A stretch of DNA of 64,000 bases from Octopus bimaculoides (GCF_001194135.2 NC_068995.1:27980519-28044518); one strand, 5' to 3'. Positions 38,611 through 50,717 are shown, counted from the stretch's first letter. Notes: generated by a model not told the origin, from the sequence alone. A program made the numbers and translations.

Positions 38611-38683
38611 TAGGGTCTGACGAGTCCCCATAAAGCTAAGCATTTTATGGCATTTTATGGATGCAAAACCATTGGTCACTATG
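38611..38683 (+). ncRNA. Hammerhead-like fold, degenerate (right arm of an inverted pair)
   Basis: CTGACGA 38617-23, stem II, cAAAA, ccattggtc (GUC site), actatg. Confidence 0.62.
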
Positions 38684-38736
38684 ACCAGACATATACTTAA
38701 CTGCATATAAATACATTACTGCTCTGTACTTTAGAG

Positions 38737-39021
38737 CAGCACTTCTTAAACTTTTTTCATTCATGACACCATTTTTCATCACGAGGTTTTTCGCAACCCC
38801 AGGTATTAAATATGAAATAAAACATACAAATAAATACATAAATCATTTATATTTTTGCTGAACAATATACATATAAGAAAAGTAGTTATATTATTTGTCA
38901 AAATAAAAGTAGTTTTAGGATTTGTGCATTTGTGAAATAACATATATGCTGAAATTCAAGTGTTTGAATTTAATTTTTGTGACCCCATTTGCGGTCATGA
39001 CCCATAGTTTAAGAAGCGCTG
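38737..39021. mobile_element. hAT (Charlie-type) MITE, 285 bp, with perfect 8-bp TSD
   Basis: TIRs CAGCACTTCTTAAACT / AGTTTAAGAAGCGCTG. TSD CTTTAGAG at 38729-36 and 39022-29. Confidence 0.95.
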
Positions 39022-39254
39022 CTTTAGAGTGTACTTCTTTTTCAGATATATGATGCACTAACAATATAAATATATATAAAGTTAGCATAAGGCATGAGGA
39101 TGCAGAAAAAGCATCAACCTGTTTAGAAATAGGAGCTAAATTCCTAATTGAACTGCTGGAAGGCACCAAATAACAGAAAAACAATAGGCGAGGAAACGGA
39201 TAAAGAATTAAGACATTAAAAAAGCAAACCTTTAAAAGAATATGCCATTCAGAG

Positions 39255-39313
39255 ACTCATATACCATGGTTTCAGATTCTGGCCTGAGGGCCTCAGCCTT
39301 CATCAGTATGAGT
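39255..39313 (-). ncRNA. Type-I hammerhead ribozyme, canonical core
   Basis: Minus strand actcata-CTGATGA-aggctgaggccctcaggccagaatct-GAAA-ccatggt-A-tatgagt: perfect 7-bp stem I, palindromic ACCATGGT stem III, GUA cleavage triplet. Confidence 0.85.
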
Positions 39314-39629
39314 AACTGATAAAAAGTCCATCGCATTATAAATCTGTCAGTATTATGGCTTGTTTTGTGCCAAGCCGGTCCACATGCTGCAAAATATATA
39401 TATATATAAGTAAAAACATTCGAATATTTACACTCAAAATAAGATGTTGTTATTGTTAATATCATCTGCGGTGAATACTTTTAATTGATAATATTATTAA
39501 CAGCAGTAACATGGGCAGTTCAACAGGTCTAATAGCATTATACAGCTATAAAATTTAAAGTTAGCACAGGGCATGAGGAAGTGGAAAAAGCACCATATTT
39601 CAAGTGTAAATATGCAAATGTTTTTGCTT

Positions 39630-39673
<44 letters not shown>

Positions 39674-41461
39674 ATATATATATTTTTTATTATATGTATT
39701 TATTTTCTCCTAGTTAATAAATAACTCGGACAAAATAAATTGGTTAATAGATATCAGGGTAGCAAAGATCACAAAATGACTGTGGTGTAACTCCTGTTTA
39801 TGAGGTAGAAACTCCTTGTTATTTTGGGTACTTTAGATTGACCGTTGACTGGACACTATTNNNNNNNNNNNNNNNNNNNNNNNNNNNNNNNNNNNNNNNN
39901 NNNNNNNNNNNNNNNNNNNNNNNNNNNNNNNNNNNNNNNNNNNNNNNNNNNNNNNNNNNNNNNNNNNNNNNNNNNNNNNNNNNNNNNNNNNNNNNNNNNN
40001 NNNNNNNNNNNNNNNNNNNNNNNNNNNNNNNNNNNNNNNNNNNNNNNNNNNNNNNNNNNNNNNNNNNNNNNNNNNNNNNNNNNNNNNNNNNNNNNNNNNN
40101 NNNNNNNNNNNNNNNNNNNNNNNNNNNNNNNNNNNNNNNNNNNNNNNNNNNNNNNNNNNNNNNNNNNNNNNNNNNNNNNNNNNNNNNNNNNNNNNNNNNN
40201 NNNNNNNNNNNNNNNNNNNNNNNNNNNNNNNNNNNNNNNNNNNNNNNNNNNNNNNNNNNNNNNNNNNNNNNNNNNNNNNNNNNNNNNNNNNNNNNNNNNN
40301 NNNNNNNNNNNNNNNNNNNNNNNNNNNNNNNNNNNNNNNNNNNNNNNNNNNNNNNNNNNNNNNNNNNNNNNNNNNNNNNNNNNNNNNNNNNNNNNNNNNN
40401 NNNNNNNNNNNNNNNNNNNNNNNNNNNNNNNNNNNNNNNNNNNNNNNNNNNNNNNNNNNNNNNNNNNNNNNNNNNNNNNNNNNNNNNNNNNNNNNNNNNN
40501 NNNNNNNNNNNNNNNNNNNNNNNNNNNNNNNNNNNNNNNNNNNNNNNNNNNNNNNNNNNNNNNNNNNNNNNNNNNNTATATATATTCCATTCCCTCACAT
40601 ATTCTTGTCCAGTCTCCAAATGATGATTATGCATTGCTAAGCTAAGTCTCGTTTTGATCCTTCATTCACTCATTCACCATTAACACTTTAAATGTATTGT
40701 TTACTATTTAAATGTACTGTTTACTAACAGCTAATTTTCTTAGAAGCTAACTAATTAAATTAGGATAATTACTCGTCTCTTGACCTGTTTAATTTCATAT
40801 TCCTCGTTTCTTTAGTTTAATTTCTCTTCTGCCATGAACACTATGAATGTATACTGTACTAAACACCCCTGCTACTTACGTTAGATCCTTGTACCATTTC
40901 CCCAAATTAAACTCGTTTGTTCATAGTGCGCCAACCCTGTCCCACCCCCACTACCAATACCGGATATCTCGATCTTTACCCTGATCTTTATCTCTGTCTT
41001 CTCACCATCTACACCGGATATCTCTCCTCCCACCATCATTACCTGATGTCTCTTCTCTCTACTGCTCCTCCTCACTGGGCTGTTCTCTATATATTACCTG
41101 CACTCTCTCTCTCTCTCTCTCCTGGGACATATGCAACTAACTCAGTTGCCCTTCATTTCGTTCCATTCTGTCTAGCGATTCCTCACCACCATTACCAGAT
41201 GTCCCTTCTCTCAATCTCCCTTCCTCACTAGTGCTGTTCTCTATACTACCTGCACCGCCACTCTCTCCCCGAAAAACGCAACTAGGTTAGCTGCCCACCT
41301 ACTGAACCGATTATCCTTTGTTTCATTTTGTCCTGTCTAGAAATATTCCAACAGCTACCCAGTAATTTTCCATGCACATATCAATTGAAGGAGACAGCTA
41401 ATGGGCTGTACGTATGTGCTTGTTCGCCTGTGTCTGTGTACGTGTGTGCTTGTGTGTATGT

Positions 41462-41610
41462 ATGGATGAACTTGCTTCCTCTCTCTCTGTTTGAAATCCC
41501 CCGCTTTTTACGATGACCATAATGCTTATACTCACAATGGATGAACTTGCTTCCTCTCTCTGTCTGAAATCACCCACTCCCTTACGATGACCATAATGCA
41601 TATACTCACA
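41462..41610 (+). repeat. Tandem duplication, ~75-bp unit x2
   Basis: atggatgaacttgcttcctctc...acgatgaccataatgc.tatactcaca occurs twice. Further sub-repeats lie at ~41030-41260, upstream of the RTE ORF. Confidence 0.85.
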
Positions 41611-41789
41611 ATGCCGCTAACACCTAAAACACCTAATTCTACCTCTAGTAGGGGCTACGATCTTAATCCTAACACACTTGAATGTTTGAATGATGTCAAG
41701 TCGGAAGTGAGAACAGATGAAGCATGCCTAAAAAACGAACACGACAACCTCCCTCTTCTTTCCAGGCACTGAATAACATCTCTCCTCCC

Positions 41790-44700
41790 CAAGCCTCACC
41801 CCACATTCTTTTCCCAGTTTTCAGAGTTGGCACAGTCAATGTAGGCACACTGAAAGGTAGGTCTAGCGAGATTGTAGAGATGCCTGAAAGGAGACGTGTC
41901 GATGTATGCTGCATACAAGAGGTAAGGTGGAGAGGAGCTTCAGCTAGGGTCCTCACAGAAAAGGCACAGAGGTACAAAATCTTCTGGCAATGTAATACGG
42001 ATGAAGTGGGGGTAGTGTAGGCATACTCCTTGTGGAGAAATGGGTGGATAAGGTCATAGAAGTAGTCAGGGTGTGCGATAGAGTGCTTAAGCTTAGGCTA
42101 GTCCAGCAGAACAGCAAAGCTACAATTATCTTTGCCTACACCCCACAAGCGGGCCTACCAAATGATCAGGGACCATTTTTATGATACCCTTCTATAGGCT
42201 ACCTCAAAGATGAGTGGCAATGACCTCATCTTTGTGGCTGGAGATTTTAATGGGTATGTTGGGCGGAAATCCAGTATCTTCACTGATGTACACGGGGACC
42301 ATGGTATTGGTTCCAGAAATGAAGAGGGAACTAGGTTACTGGAGTTCTGTGATGCATGTAACCTTTTAATCTGCAACACTAATTTCAGGAAACCAGACAG
42401 CTACCTGATAACCTATGAATCAGGTGATCTGCTAGCCAGGTTGATTTCATCCTCACCAGACAGCGGGATGCAGGGCTGCTCTTAAATACATAGACCCTCT
42501 TTGGTGAAGAATGTACCCCCCAGCATAGGCTAGTCATTAGTGACTTTAGGCTTGAGGCCAGAAGGATACCAAGAAGCAGACCAATCCAAAAAAGAAGGAT
42601 TTGGAAGCTAAAGAACCTTTCACATGGTCAGAGATTTAGGGACATCCTCATCAAGAAATTTAATGAGAGGAAGGAGGAGCTACAGACATCGGACATAGAA
42701 GGTAGATGGAAATTCCAACAGGACAGCTTGCTGAGTGCCACAGACCAAGTCTGTGGATGGTGCAAAGTCCCTTCCACGTGGTTGAGGAATAGTACGGTAG
42801 ACAAAGCCATTAGAGGAAAGAAACAGGCCTGGAAGGGTGGGGGTAGCAGGGAACTGTACCAGGTAGCCAAAAGGGAGGCTGGGCGGCAGGTATACATAGC
42901 TTAGAGCGAAGCAGAAAAGAAGAAGTTTGCCATTGTCCAGCGACGTGAGGACTAAAGAACTGAGGTATTTTGGATTGCAAGACAGTGTGTGAGAGAAAAT
43001 TGTGATGTCACAGGAGAGAAATGTGTCCACATGGATGATAGTGCACTTGCTTTTAATGATTTGGAAAAGAAAGAGACTTGGAGAAGCCATTATTAAAGAT
43101 TGCTGAACGTGGAGAATGAATAGGAGGAGGAAAGCCTGCCAAATGTTGACCCAGTAGAGGGACCAGCTATCCTAATAGACAGCTCCCTTGTAGATAAAGC
43201 AGTTAAGGGTATGAAGCCAGGAAAACCCCCTGGCCCATCAGAAATCACTGCTGAGATGCTTAAAATATCTGGTGGTGTGGGCTATGGCCTGGTCACTAAT
43301 ATTGTAAAGCAGGTAATTCATGATGGAGTTATACGCAATGACTGGCGTAGCAGCACCAGAGTCAACTGCTACAAGGGTAAAGGTGATGCTCTAGATAGAA
43401 ATAACTACAGGGGTATCAAACTGCTGGATCAGATGATGAAGGTCATGGCCCATCTCATTAGGGAGTCTGCTTAGATGAGATGCAGTTCAGTTTTGTGTCG
43501 GGTAGAAGCACCACTGATGCCATATTCCTGGTTCAACAACTGCAGGAGAAATACCTAGCTAAAGATAAACCCCTATACCTAGCTTTTGTGGACTTGGAGA
43601 AAGCCTTTGACAGGGTCCCCTGATCCCTTTTCTGGTGGGCGATGCGGAAACTGGGGATTAACAAATGGTTAAGGGCTGTACAGGCCCTATACAGAGAGGC
43701 CGTTAGTAAGGTTAGGATTGGCAATGAGTATAGTGATGAATTCGAGGTAGAAGTAGGGGTCCACCAATGTTCAGCCTTCAGTTCCCTTTTATTCATCATA
43801 GTCTTCCAGGCAATAACAGAGGAATTCAAGATGGGTTGCCCCTGGGAGCTCCTCTGTGCTGATGACATGGCCCTCATAGCAGAATCACTACCAGAACTAG
43901 AAAAGAAATTTCGGGTGTGGAAGTAAGGTTTAGAATCAAAAGGCCTTAGAGTCAATGTAGCAAAGACCAAAGTTCTAGTAAGTAGGAAGGCAAACACATC
44001 ACATACCCACTCAGGAAGATGACTTTGCTCAATCTGTAGAAAAGGTGTAGGTAGAAACTCCATAAGCTGTACCCGGTGTAAGCTATGGACACATAAGAGG
44101 TGCAGCAATATCAAAGGAAGGCTAACTGGGAAGATAGTTTTTGTATGTGGCAGATGCTCAGAAGCAATAAACACTGAAAATGTGCAGAAAACAACCTTTA
44201 CCACATACCAGGGAGAAAATCTAGAATTAGATTAGTAGCAGTGGAGGGTGCGCTGAAAGTGTAGCTGCTAGAATAAGAATAGCCTGGGCAAAGTTCAGAG
44301 AGCTCTTACCTCTGCTGGTGACAAAGGGCCTCTTGCTCAGAGTAAAAGATAGACTGTATGACACATGTGTATGAACAGCCATGCTACATGGCAGTGAAAC
44401 ATGGGCTGTGACTGCTGAGGAATGCGTAAGCTCGCAAGAAACGAAGCCAATATGCTCCAATGGATGTGTAATGTTAGTGTGCATTCTCGACAGAGTGTAA
44501 GTACCTTGAGAGAAAAGTTGGACCTAAGAAGCATCAGTTGTGGTGTGCAAGAGAGACGATTGCACTGGTATGGACATGTGGCAAGAACGGATAAGGATAG
44601 CTGTGTGAAAAAGTGCCACATTCTAGCGGTTGAGAGAACCTGTGGAAGAGGTAGACCCAGGAAGACCTCGTATGAGGTGGTGAAGCACGACCTTTGTACA

Positions 44701-45097
44701 TTAGGCCTCACTGAGGCAATGACTAGTGACCGGAACTTTGGAAATATGCAGTGCATGAGAAGACTTGGCAAGCCAAGTGAGACCATAATCCGTGGCCTCT
44801 GCCAGGAGTGCAGCCAGCTCACTTATTTGTATCTTTACTTCATTGCACACTAAACTCTGCTTGCGAATACCTGTTGAGGGAAGTGAAATCGAAATCGAAC
44901 CAAATTCGACGACTAGCACCCATGTCAACCTCTCCTTCATTGGATACCAAACTCTGCTTGTGAAGACCTGTTAGGGCAAGTGAAATCGAAATTGTAATTG
45001 AACCATATTCGATGACTGGCACATGTGCCAGTGGAGCAGTAACAGCACCGTCCAAGCGTGATCATTGCCAGAGAAGCTGTTTGGCTTTTGTGCCAGT
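41790..45097 (+). mobile_element. Near full-length RTE LINE (APE, RT with PHD-like insert, 3' UTR), disrupted by stops and frameshifts
   Basis: APE 'FRVGTVNVGTLKGRS..VCCIQEVRW', 'VAGDFNG', 'CNTNFRK'. RT 'NYRGIKLLDQ', 'FVDLEKAFDRV', 'LLCADDMAL'. C-terminus 'GRGRPRKT'. Confidence 0.93.
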
Positions 45098-45119
45098 GAA
45101 AAGTGAAAAGAAAGCCAAG

Positions 45120-46385
45120 TCCTTTCTACCTATGCCTTTTCTACAGATCGAGCAGGCCCATCTACCTGAAGGGGTTTGTGTTTTGTCTACCTTCCTACTT
45201 ATTAGGACTTTGGTTTTAGCTAGGTTGACTCTAAAGCCTTTTGATTCTAGTCCTTGCTTCCACACCTGAAACTTCTCTAGTTCTGATAGTGACTCAGCAA
45301 TTAAGGCAAGGTCATCAGCATAGAGGAGCTCCCAGGAGCATCCTGTCTTGAATTTCTGTGTCATTGCCTGGAGGACTATGATAAATAGGAGGGGGCTGAG
45401 GACTGAACCTTGGTGGACCCCTACCTCTACCCGGAATTCTTTACTGTACTTGTTGCCAACCCTCACCTTACTGACAGCGTCTCTGTACATGGCTCGCACA
45501 GCTCTCACTAACCATTCATCTATGCCTAGTTTCCTCATTGACCAGCAGATAAGGGATCAGGGGACCCTGTCAAAGGCTTTCTCCATGTCAACGAAAGCCA
45601 GGTACAGAGGTTTATCTTTGGCTAGGTATTTCTCTTGCAGCTGTCTTACCAGAAATATAGCATCAGTGGTGCTTTTCCCTGGCACGAACCCAAACTGCAT
45701 CTCATCTAAACTGACTCTCTCCCTAATTAGTTGGGCTATGACCCTCTCCGTGACTTTCACTACCTGATCCAACAACTTCATACCTTTGTAATTATTTGTA
45801 TCTAAAGTGTCACCTTTACCTCTGTAGCAGTTGACTATGGTGCTGCTACATCAGTCATTGGGTATGACTCCTTCATGTATCACCTGGTTAATGATACGGG
45901 TGACTAGCCTTTTGTTTAATAGCCCTGTCAACAACATTGTTCCACCATCACATTATTTTGGGTCGAGAGGGGACTCTGCACCATCCACAGATCTGGTTAG
46001 TAGCCTTCAGCAGGTTGTCCTGTAGAGACTCCCAGTTGTCTTCTACATCATGTGAAGCTATATCCCCTTCTATTTCGTCAAAGGCTTCGAGTAATATGTC
46101 TCTAAATCTCTGTCCATTCGTGGGATCTTTAAGCTTCCAGACCCTTCTCCATACTAGTCGTCTTCTGGGCAACCACTTAGCCCTGATCCTGAAGTCACTA
46201 ACTACTAGTCTATGTTGTGGGGTACATTCTTTGCCTGGGAAGGTTTTGGCATTTATAAGCAGCCCTCTTTCCCTTTTTCTGGCAAGGATGTAATCAATTT
46301 GGCTAGTGTGTCTGCCAGAACGGTAGGTGACTAGGTGACTGGCAAATTTCCTGAAGTTAGTGTTGCAAACCATGAGGTCATTTAA
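45120..46385 (-). mobile_element. RTE fragment (APE end to RT), inverted and fused to the preceding copy
   Basis: 'CNTNFRKFASHLVTYRSGRHTSQIDYIL', 'QFGFVPGKSTTDAIF', 'FVDMEKAFDRVP', 'LYADDLAL'. Confidence 0.92.
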
Positions 46386-46399
46386 TCACAGAAAATGAT

Positions 46400-47780
46400 A
46401 GCCCTGAAACATCCAGAACTAATAATATACCTATAACAATGGACCTGCACACCAACAGCATGATGAATCCACAACCAGTTATAACTGGAATGACAGGACA
46501 ACCATTACACAACCCCCTGGTCACCAACAATGGCAGGGAGAAATTTAATGGATAATCTTTGCATGACTCGTAACATCGTCTATAAATGCACTAAGCACAT
46601 GTGGGGAGGCCCTTATGCGTACGTTGGTGCCACGGCTGATTCTTTCAAGAATCGATATAGGAATCATGTTTCTAGTTTTAAAAAACTGAACGAGACACAT
46701 AACATCACTGGCAGATTTTCTATGGTAACTGAAAACTGAAAGAATTAAATATGAGATTTCATAGTCAATTATAAAATATGCAAAACTCTACAATACACAT
46801 TCTAGGACCTGTGGATTGTGCTCTGAAGAATCTCTATCAATCTTGCTTACTAGGGAAAAGGTTATTAATAAATTAATTGAATGGATTACATGCCATGAAA
46901 GCCACCTTCAAATATCAACATCCTGTATACACAGCTCTAAACTGCCATAATCCACATTGAACAGTGAATACCATGCTATCATTCCATACATTGCTATGTG
47001 CCAATGGACAGGTGTGTGGGCTTTTGCCCATGTACTGTTTATTCTCCTGTGCCTGCATGTATATCTGAGTAGTCTTGTGAGTATGTGCATGTATGTTCTG
47101 AGTCGACGTGTTTCTATATGCATATATATACAAATGTATATATGTACTGAGTGGAAGTTTGTGGTGTGTACATGTGTATATCTCTGTATGAATGTGTGTG
47201 TAAATAATTGTGTGAGTGCATAAGTGCACTTGCCTGCAGACATGTGAGACTGTGGGGGTCACTATACATTTGGATTTGTATGCCCTGTGGTGTGGGTGTG
47301 ATGGGGCGCATGGGTGTGAGGGTGTGTCTGTGTGTGCATGTGCTCAATGGTGGCAGTGTTGATGTGATCTCTATATGTGTCTGGGTGAGTGAATATTTGT
47401 GCCCTGAAGGATGCATCCATGTGTATAGGTGTGTTTCTGTATGTGTGTGTGTGATTGACTGACATACATACATGTGGTGTGTGCCCACGAGTATAATTAG
47501 TAATGTCTACATCTGTGTGTCTTTGCATTGATTTAAACATAAGATTATGCGTGTCTGTCTAACTGTTAAAATCTCTTAATACAGCGAAACTCAAATTTAA
47601 ATCTCCCTGCATAAAACCTTATTATCCCACCTGAGGAGCCTTCTATGCACTGTGTGCAGCATCTGGTGTTATTGCATTGTTCTACACCCACAAGGGAGCC
47701 GTGCATTGGAAGATGAAACAATTGTTGTGGTAATATAAATTTTTTTGTTGATACATTTTGTCTTCTCTTTTTATTTTTAA
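46400..47780 (+). mobile_element. Penelope-like 3' fragment (GIY-YIG, microsatellite-rich 3' region, hammerhead)
   Basis: 'NIVYKC...YAYVGATADSFKNRYRNHVSSF', 'CGLCSEE'. Confidence 0.8.
47621..47734 (+). ncRNA. Type-I hammerhead ribozyme, canonical core, long stem II
   Basis: atta-tc-ccac-CTGAGGA(47631-37)-gccttctatgcac...gtgcattggaagat-GAAA(47715-18)-caattgt-T-gtgg-taat. Palindromic ACAATTGT, GUU site. Confidence 0.8.
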
Positions 47781-48401
47781 TATATACCTAACGTCCATAC
47801 TGGAATTCCTGGAATTATTACAACGATGCTTGCGAAGTATTGCTGATGATGCCTGGTAGCCATAATTAGTGAACGTGGTCTGCGGACACACAACTTGCAA
47901 CTTATCATGAAATAAGGTTTCAATAGTGTGTTCAACACATACTTTCTTAACCTTATATATATATATATATATATATNNNNNNNNNNNNNNNNNNNNNNNN
48001 NNNNNNNNNNNNNNNNNNNNNNNNNNNNNNNNNNNNNNNNNNNNNNNNNNNNNNNNNNNNNNNNNNNNNNNNNNNNNNNNNNNNNNNNNNNNNNNNNNNN
48101 NNNNNNNNNNNNNNNNNNNNNNNNNNNNNNNNNNNNNNNNNNNNNNNNNNNNNNNNNNNNNNNNNNNNNNNNNNNNNNNNNNNNNNNNNNNNNNNNNNNN
48201 NNNNNNNNNNNNNNNNNNNNNNNNNNNNNNNNNNNNNNNNNNNNNNNNNNNNNNNNNNNNNNNNNNNNNNNNNNNNNNNNNNNNNNNNNNNNNNNNNNNN
48301 NNNNNNNNNNNNNNNNNNNNNNNNNNNNNNNNNNNNNNNNNNNNNNNNNNNNNNNNNNNNNNNNNNNNNNNNNNNNNNNNNNNNNNNNNNNNNNNNNNNN
48401 N

Positions 48402-48458
<57 letters not shown>

Positions 48459-48459
<1 letters not shown>

Positions 48460-48750
48460 CATCATCATCATCATCATTATCATCCTTTAACGTCCATTGT
48501 CCATGCTGACATGGGTTGGTTGGTAAATTGAGGGACTGCAGCAGACTCCAGTTTGATTTGGCATAGTTTCTATGGTTGGATGCTCTTCCTAACACCAACC
48601 ACTCCGAGAGTGTAATGGGTGTTTTTATGTACCACCAGCATGGGTACCAATTGTGTGACACCAGTATCTGCTACGGCTACAATTTCACTTGGCTTGATGG
48701 ATCTTCTTCTCAAGCATGGCATTTTACCAAAGGTCTCGGTCATTTGTCAC
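48459..48750 (-). mobile_element. RTE 3' tail fragment
   Basis: (cat)n then cctttaacgtcc..., adjacent to (TA)n. Confidence 0.75.
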
Positions 48751-48769
48751 ATTGCTCTGTAATATATAA

Positions 48770-49700
48770 TAAATGCTCATGCAGAGAAAAATCAATATGC
48801 CCATTGATGAACCTCTGTATGAGTATAAACCTTGTATATAGATGTACCGTGTACACAAGTAGAGGGCTGTATGTTTACATTAGGCAAACGGCTGATTCAT
48901 TCAATGATCATTATCACAACCATGTTGCCAGCTTCAAGAGAATCAATAAGAGACATTCAACATCTTTGGCTGATTTTGTGTGGTGACTGAAGGAAGATAA
49001 AATTAAGTATAACATAACTTGGTCCATAGTAAGGCACACAAAACTGTATAATATCATTTCCACGAGATGCCGACTCTGCTGTGAGGAAGCCCTTTCTATT
49101 GTGGACCAAGGAGAAAATCATTAGTAGAATTTCTGAAAGCCTCTCAAGCTGCTTACATGCATATAAATGCACTTTCACATAATGCAGTGGGAATAAATAT
49201 GAGTAACTGTTAACATAATTTACCTTAAGGTATAGATGAATTAATTTCAGCTTTAACCTTCCCATTCTTATAAACACCAAGTAGCTATTTAACTATGTGC
49301 ACCAAACTACACGTGTGCGTATGCTTACATCTTTGTGGATACTTGTATGAGCAAGTGTACATGCACCATACAATCTATGCAAGGATGTTTATACATCCAT
49401 ATTCATTAACAGTTACTTTAATACTTTTCTCACTGTATTGTGTGTTTATTTCTTTTTTGCATGTTATTTTATTATTGATCTTCTATATAAATGAAGCTAT
49501 ATCCTTTAATTTGCTGCTTTTCTTTACATGAAATGAAAATATAACATTGTGAAACTGTTATTTTAACACTTTTTATCTATTTATAACCCGAAGAGACACA
49601 TGTGCATCCCACCCATGAGAAGTCGATGCTAGATGTATCGAAACAATTGTAGTTAATAAAAATTCTTGTATCGTCCATCTTCCAACTCTCATTTACCATA
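48770..49700 (+). mobile_element. Penelope-like 3' fragment
   Basis: 'CSCREKSICPLMNLC..NLVYRC..YIRQTADSFNDHYHNHVASFK', followed by a hammerhead fold. Confidence 0.75.
49580..49660 (+). ncRNA. Type-I hammerhead fold with U4>C change
   Basis: tttataac-CCGAAGA-gacacat..gcatc/gatgc..atgtatc-GAAA-caattgt-A-gtta(a)taaa. Confidence 0.72.
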
Positions 49701-49735
49701 TACATAATGAACACTGTGAAAGTGATCATGCTTTA

Positions 49736-49798
49736 CTAGTGACCAATGGTTTTGCATCCATGAAAGCCATAGCCTCAGGGACAACTCATCAAACTCTA
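49736..49798 (-). ncRNA. Hammerhead-like fold of the 38521/38611 family, degenerate
   Basis: tagagt-TTGATGA-g...catggatgc-AAAA-ccattggtc-act. Confidence 0.55.
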
Positions 49799-50019
49799 GT
49801 TCAAAGACAAAATTAACTCTTCGCCTGGTGTTAGTGAGGATGGGTTACTTTCCCTTGACCAGCTGTTAGGAGAGAGGAATGAGGGATCTATCCTTTAGCC
49901 TGCTAATGGATCGTAAGGACTCTTCCAGGCTTAGTCAGCAAACGGAATCCCATGCTTGCAGCAAGTAGTAGTTAAAATGGTTGCATGGTGTGAAGATTTC
50001 TTGGTAAATATTCAGTGAC

Positions 50020-50700
50020 CGAGGTCTCAGGGAGTCTTTAAGTATCCTAGCTCACTCAGTTATGCAGAGCTTGCAGTGTCTGCTCCTGTTGATGTAAGGG
50101 CTTGACCATTCTAAGATCTTCCACTTGATATCATATGGGGGTCCCCTTATCTTTGAGGTGTCACACATGGCTTGCCAGGAATGTGATGAATCATCTTTCT
50201 GGGACCCTGAAGAAGGACTTGTGGTTGCACAGGCATCATTTGAATGCTGTACCAGCTGATCCAATGTATTTCCAGGCTTGGGTGTTCGCTGTGTTCACAT
50301 TATTGGTGCATCTCTGGTTGGCTCCGGGCCTGGGGATGTTGTTATCACTGGTGTTGTTGGGGCTGCCATCAGTACTGTTATCATTATGATGTAGCTGCTA
50401 TCACTGTGGTTATTATCATTGTGGTGGTCATCCCTGACTGCCGGGTTGGTACTATTGCCGCCGGTGGTGATATGGGTACTGCTGGTGATGTGGGTGCCAT
50501 TGATGGTAAGGTTGAATGTGGGGGCCAGTAGCTTCATTGGTGCTGCTAGTGTTAGCATGGTCATCTTCTCCAGCTGGGGTCGTTGGCATCAGTGCTGGTG
50601 TATCTGCTGCTGTTGCTGCCTCCAATACCATTGATGCTATTGGATGATCCACCGTTGTTATTACTGTGGTTGCTAGGCCTTGGTGTCACCACAGCTTTAT
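50020..50700 (-). mobile_element. Penelope-like fragment with low-complexity (Thr/His/Pro-rich) region
   Basis: 'YDIKWKILEWSSPYINRSRHCKLCITE' matches the PLE GIY-YIG C-terminus. Confidence 0.65.
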
Positions 50701-50717
50701 AGATGACTCCCTTGGCC

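Larger units (their letters stand above)
4241..48400. other. Assembly gaps (N runs)
   Basis: About 4241-4292, 5452-5898, 6884-7269, 10944-10953, 11689-11698, 12986-13304, 17143-18073, 22404-22412, 30789-31753, 39861-40577 and 47977-48400. Most abut microsatellites or RTE copies. Confidence 0.95.

Noticed and set aside
5395-48661. Long ORFs (130-480 aa) in the ORF track
   Set aside because: They are read-through of N runs and (TA)n tracts, not real coding sequence.
50244-50652. GC-richer ORFs on both strands resembling a mucin-like exon
   Set aside because: Collinear with the minus-strand Penelope C-terminus; no splice signals recognised.
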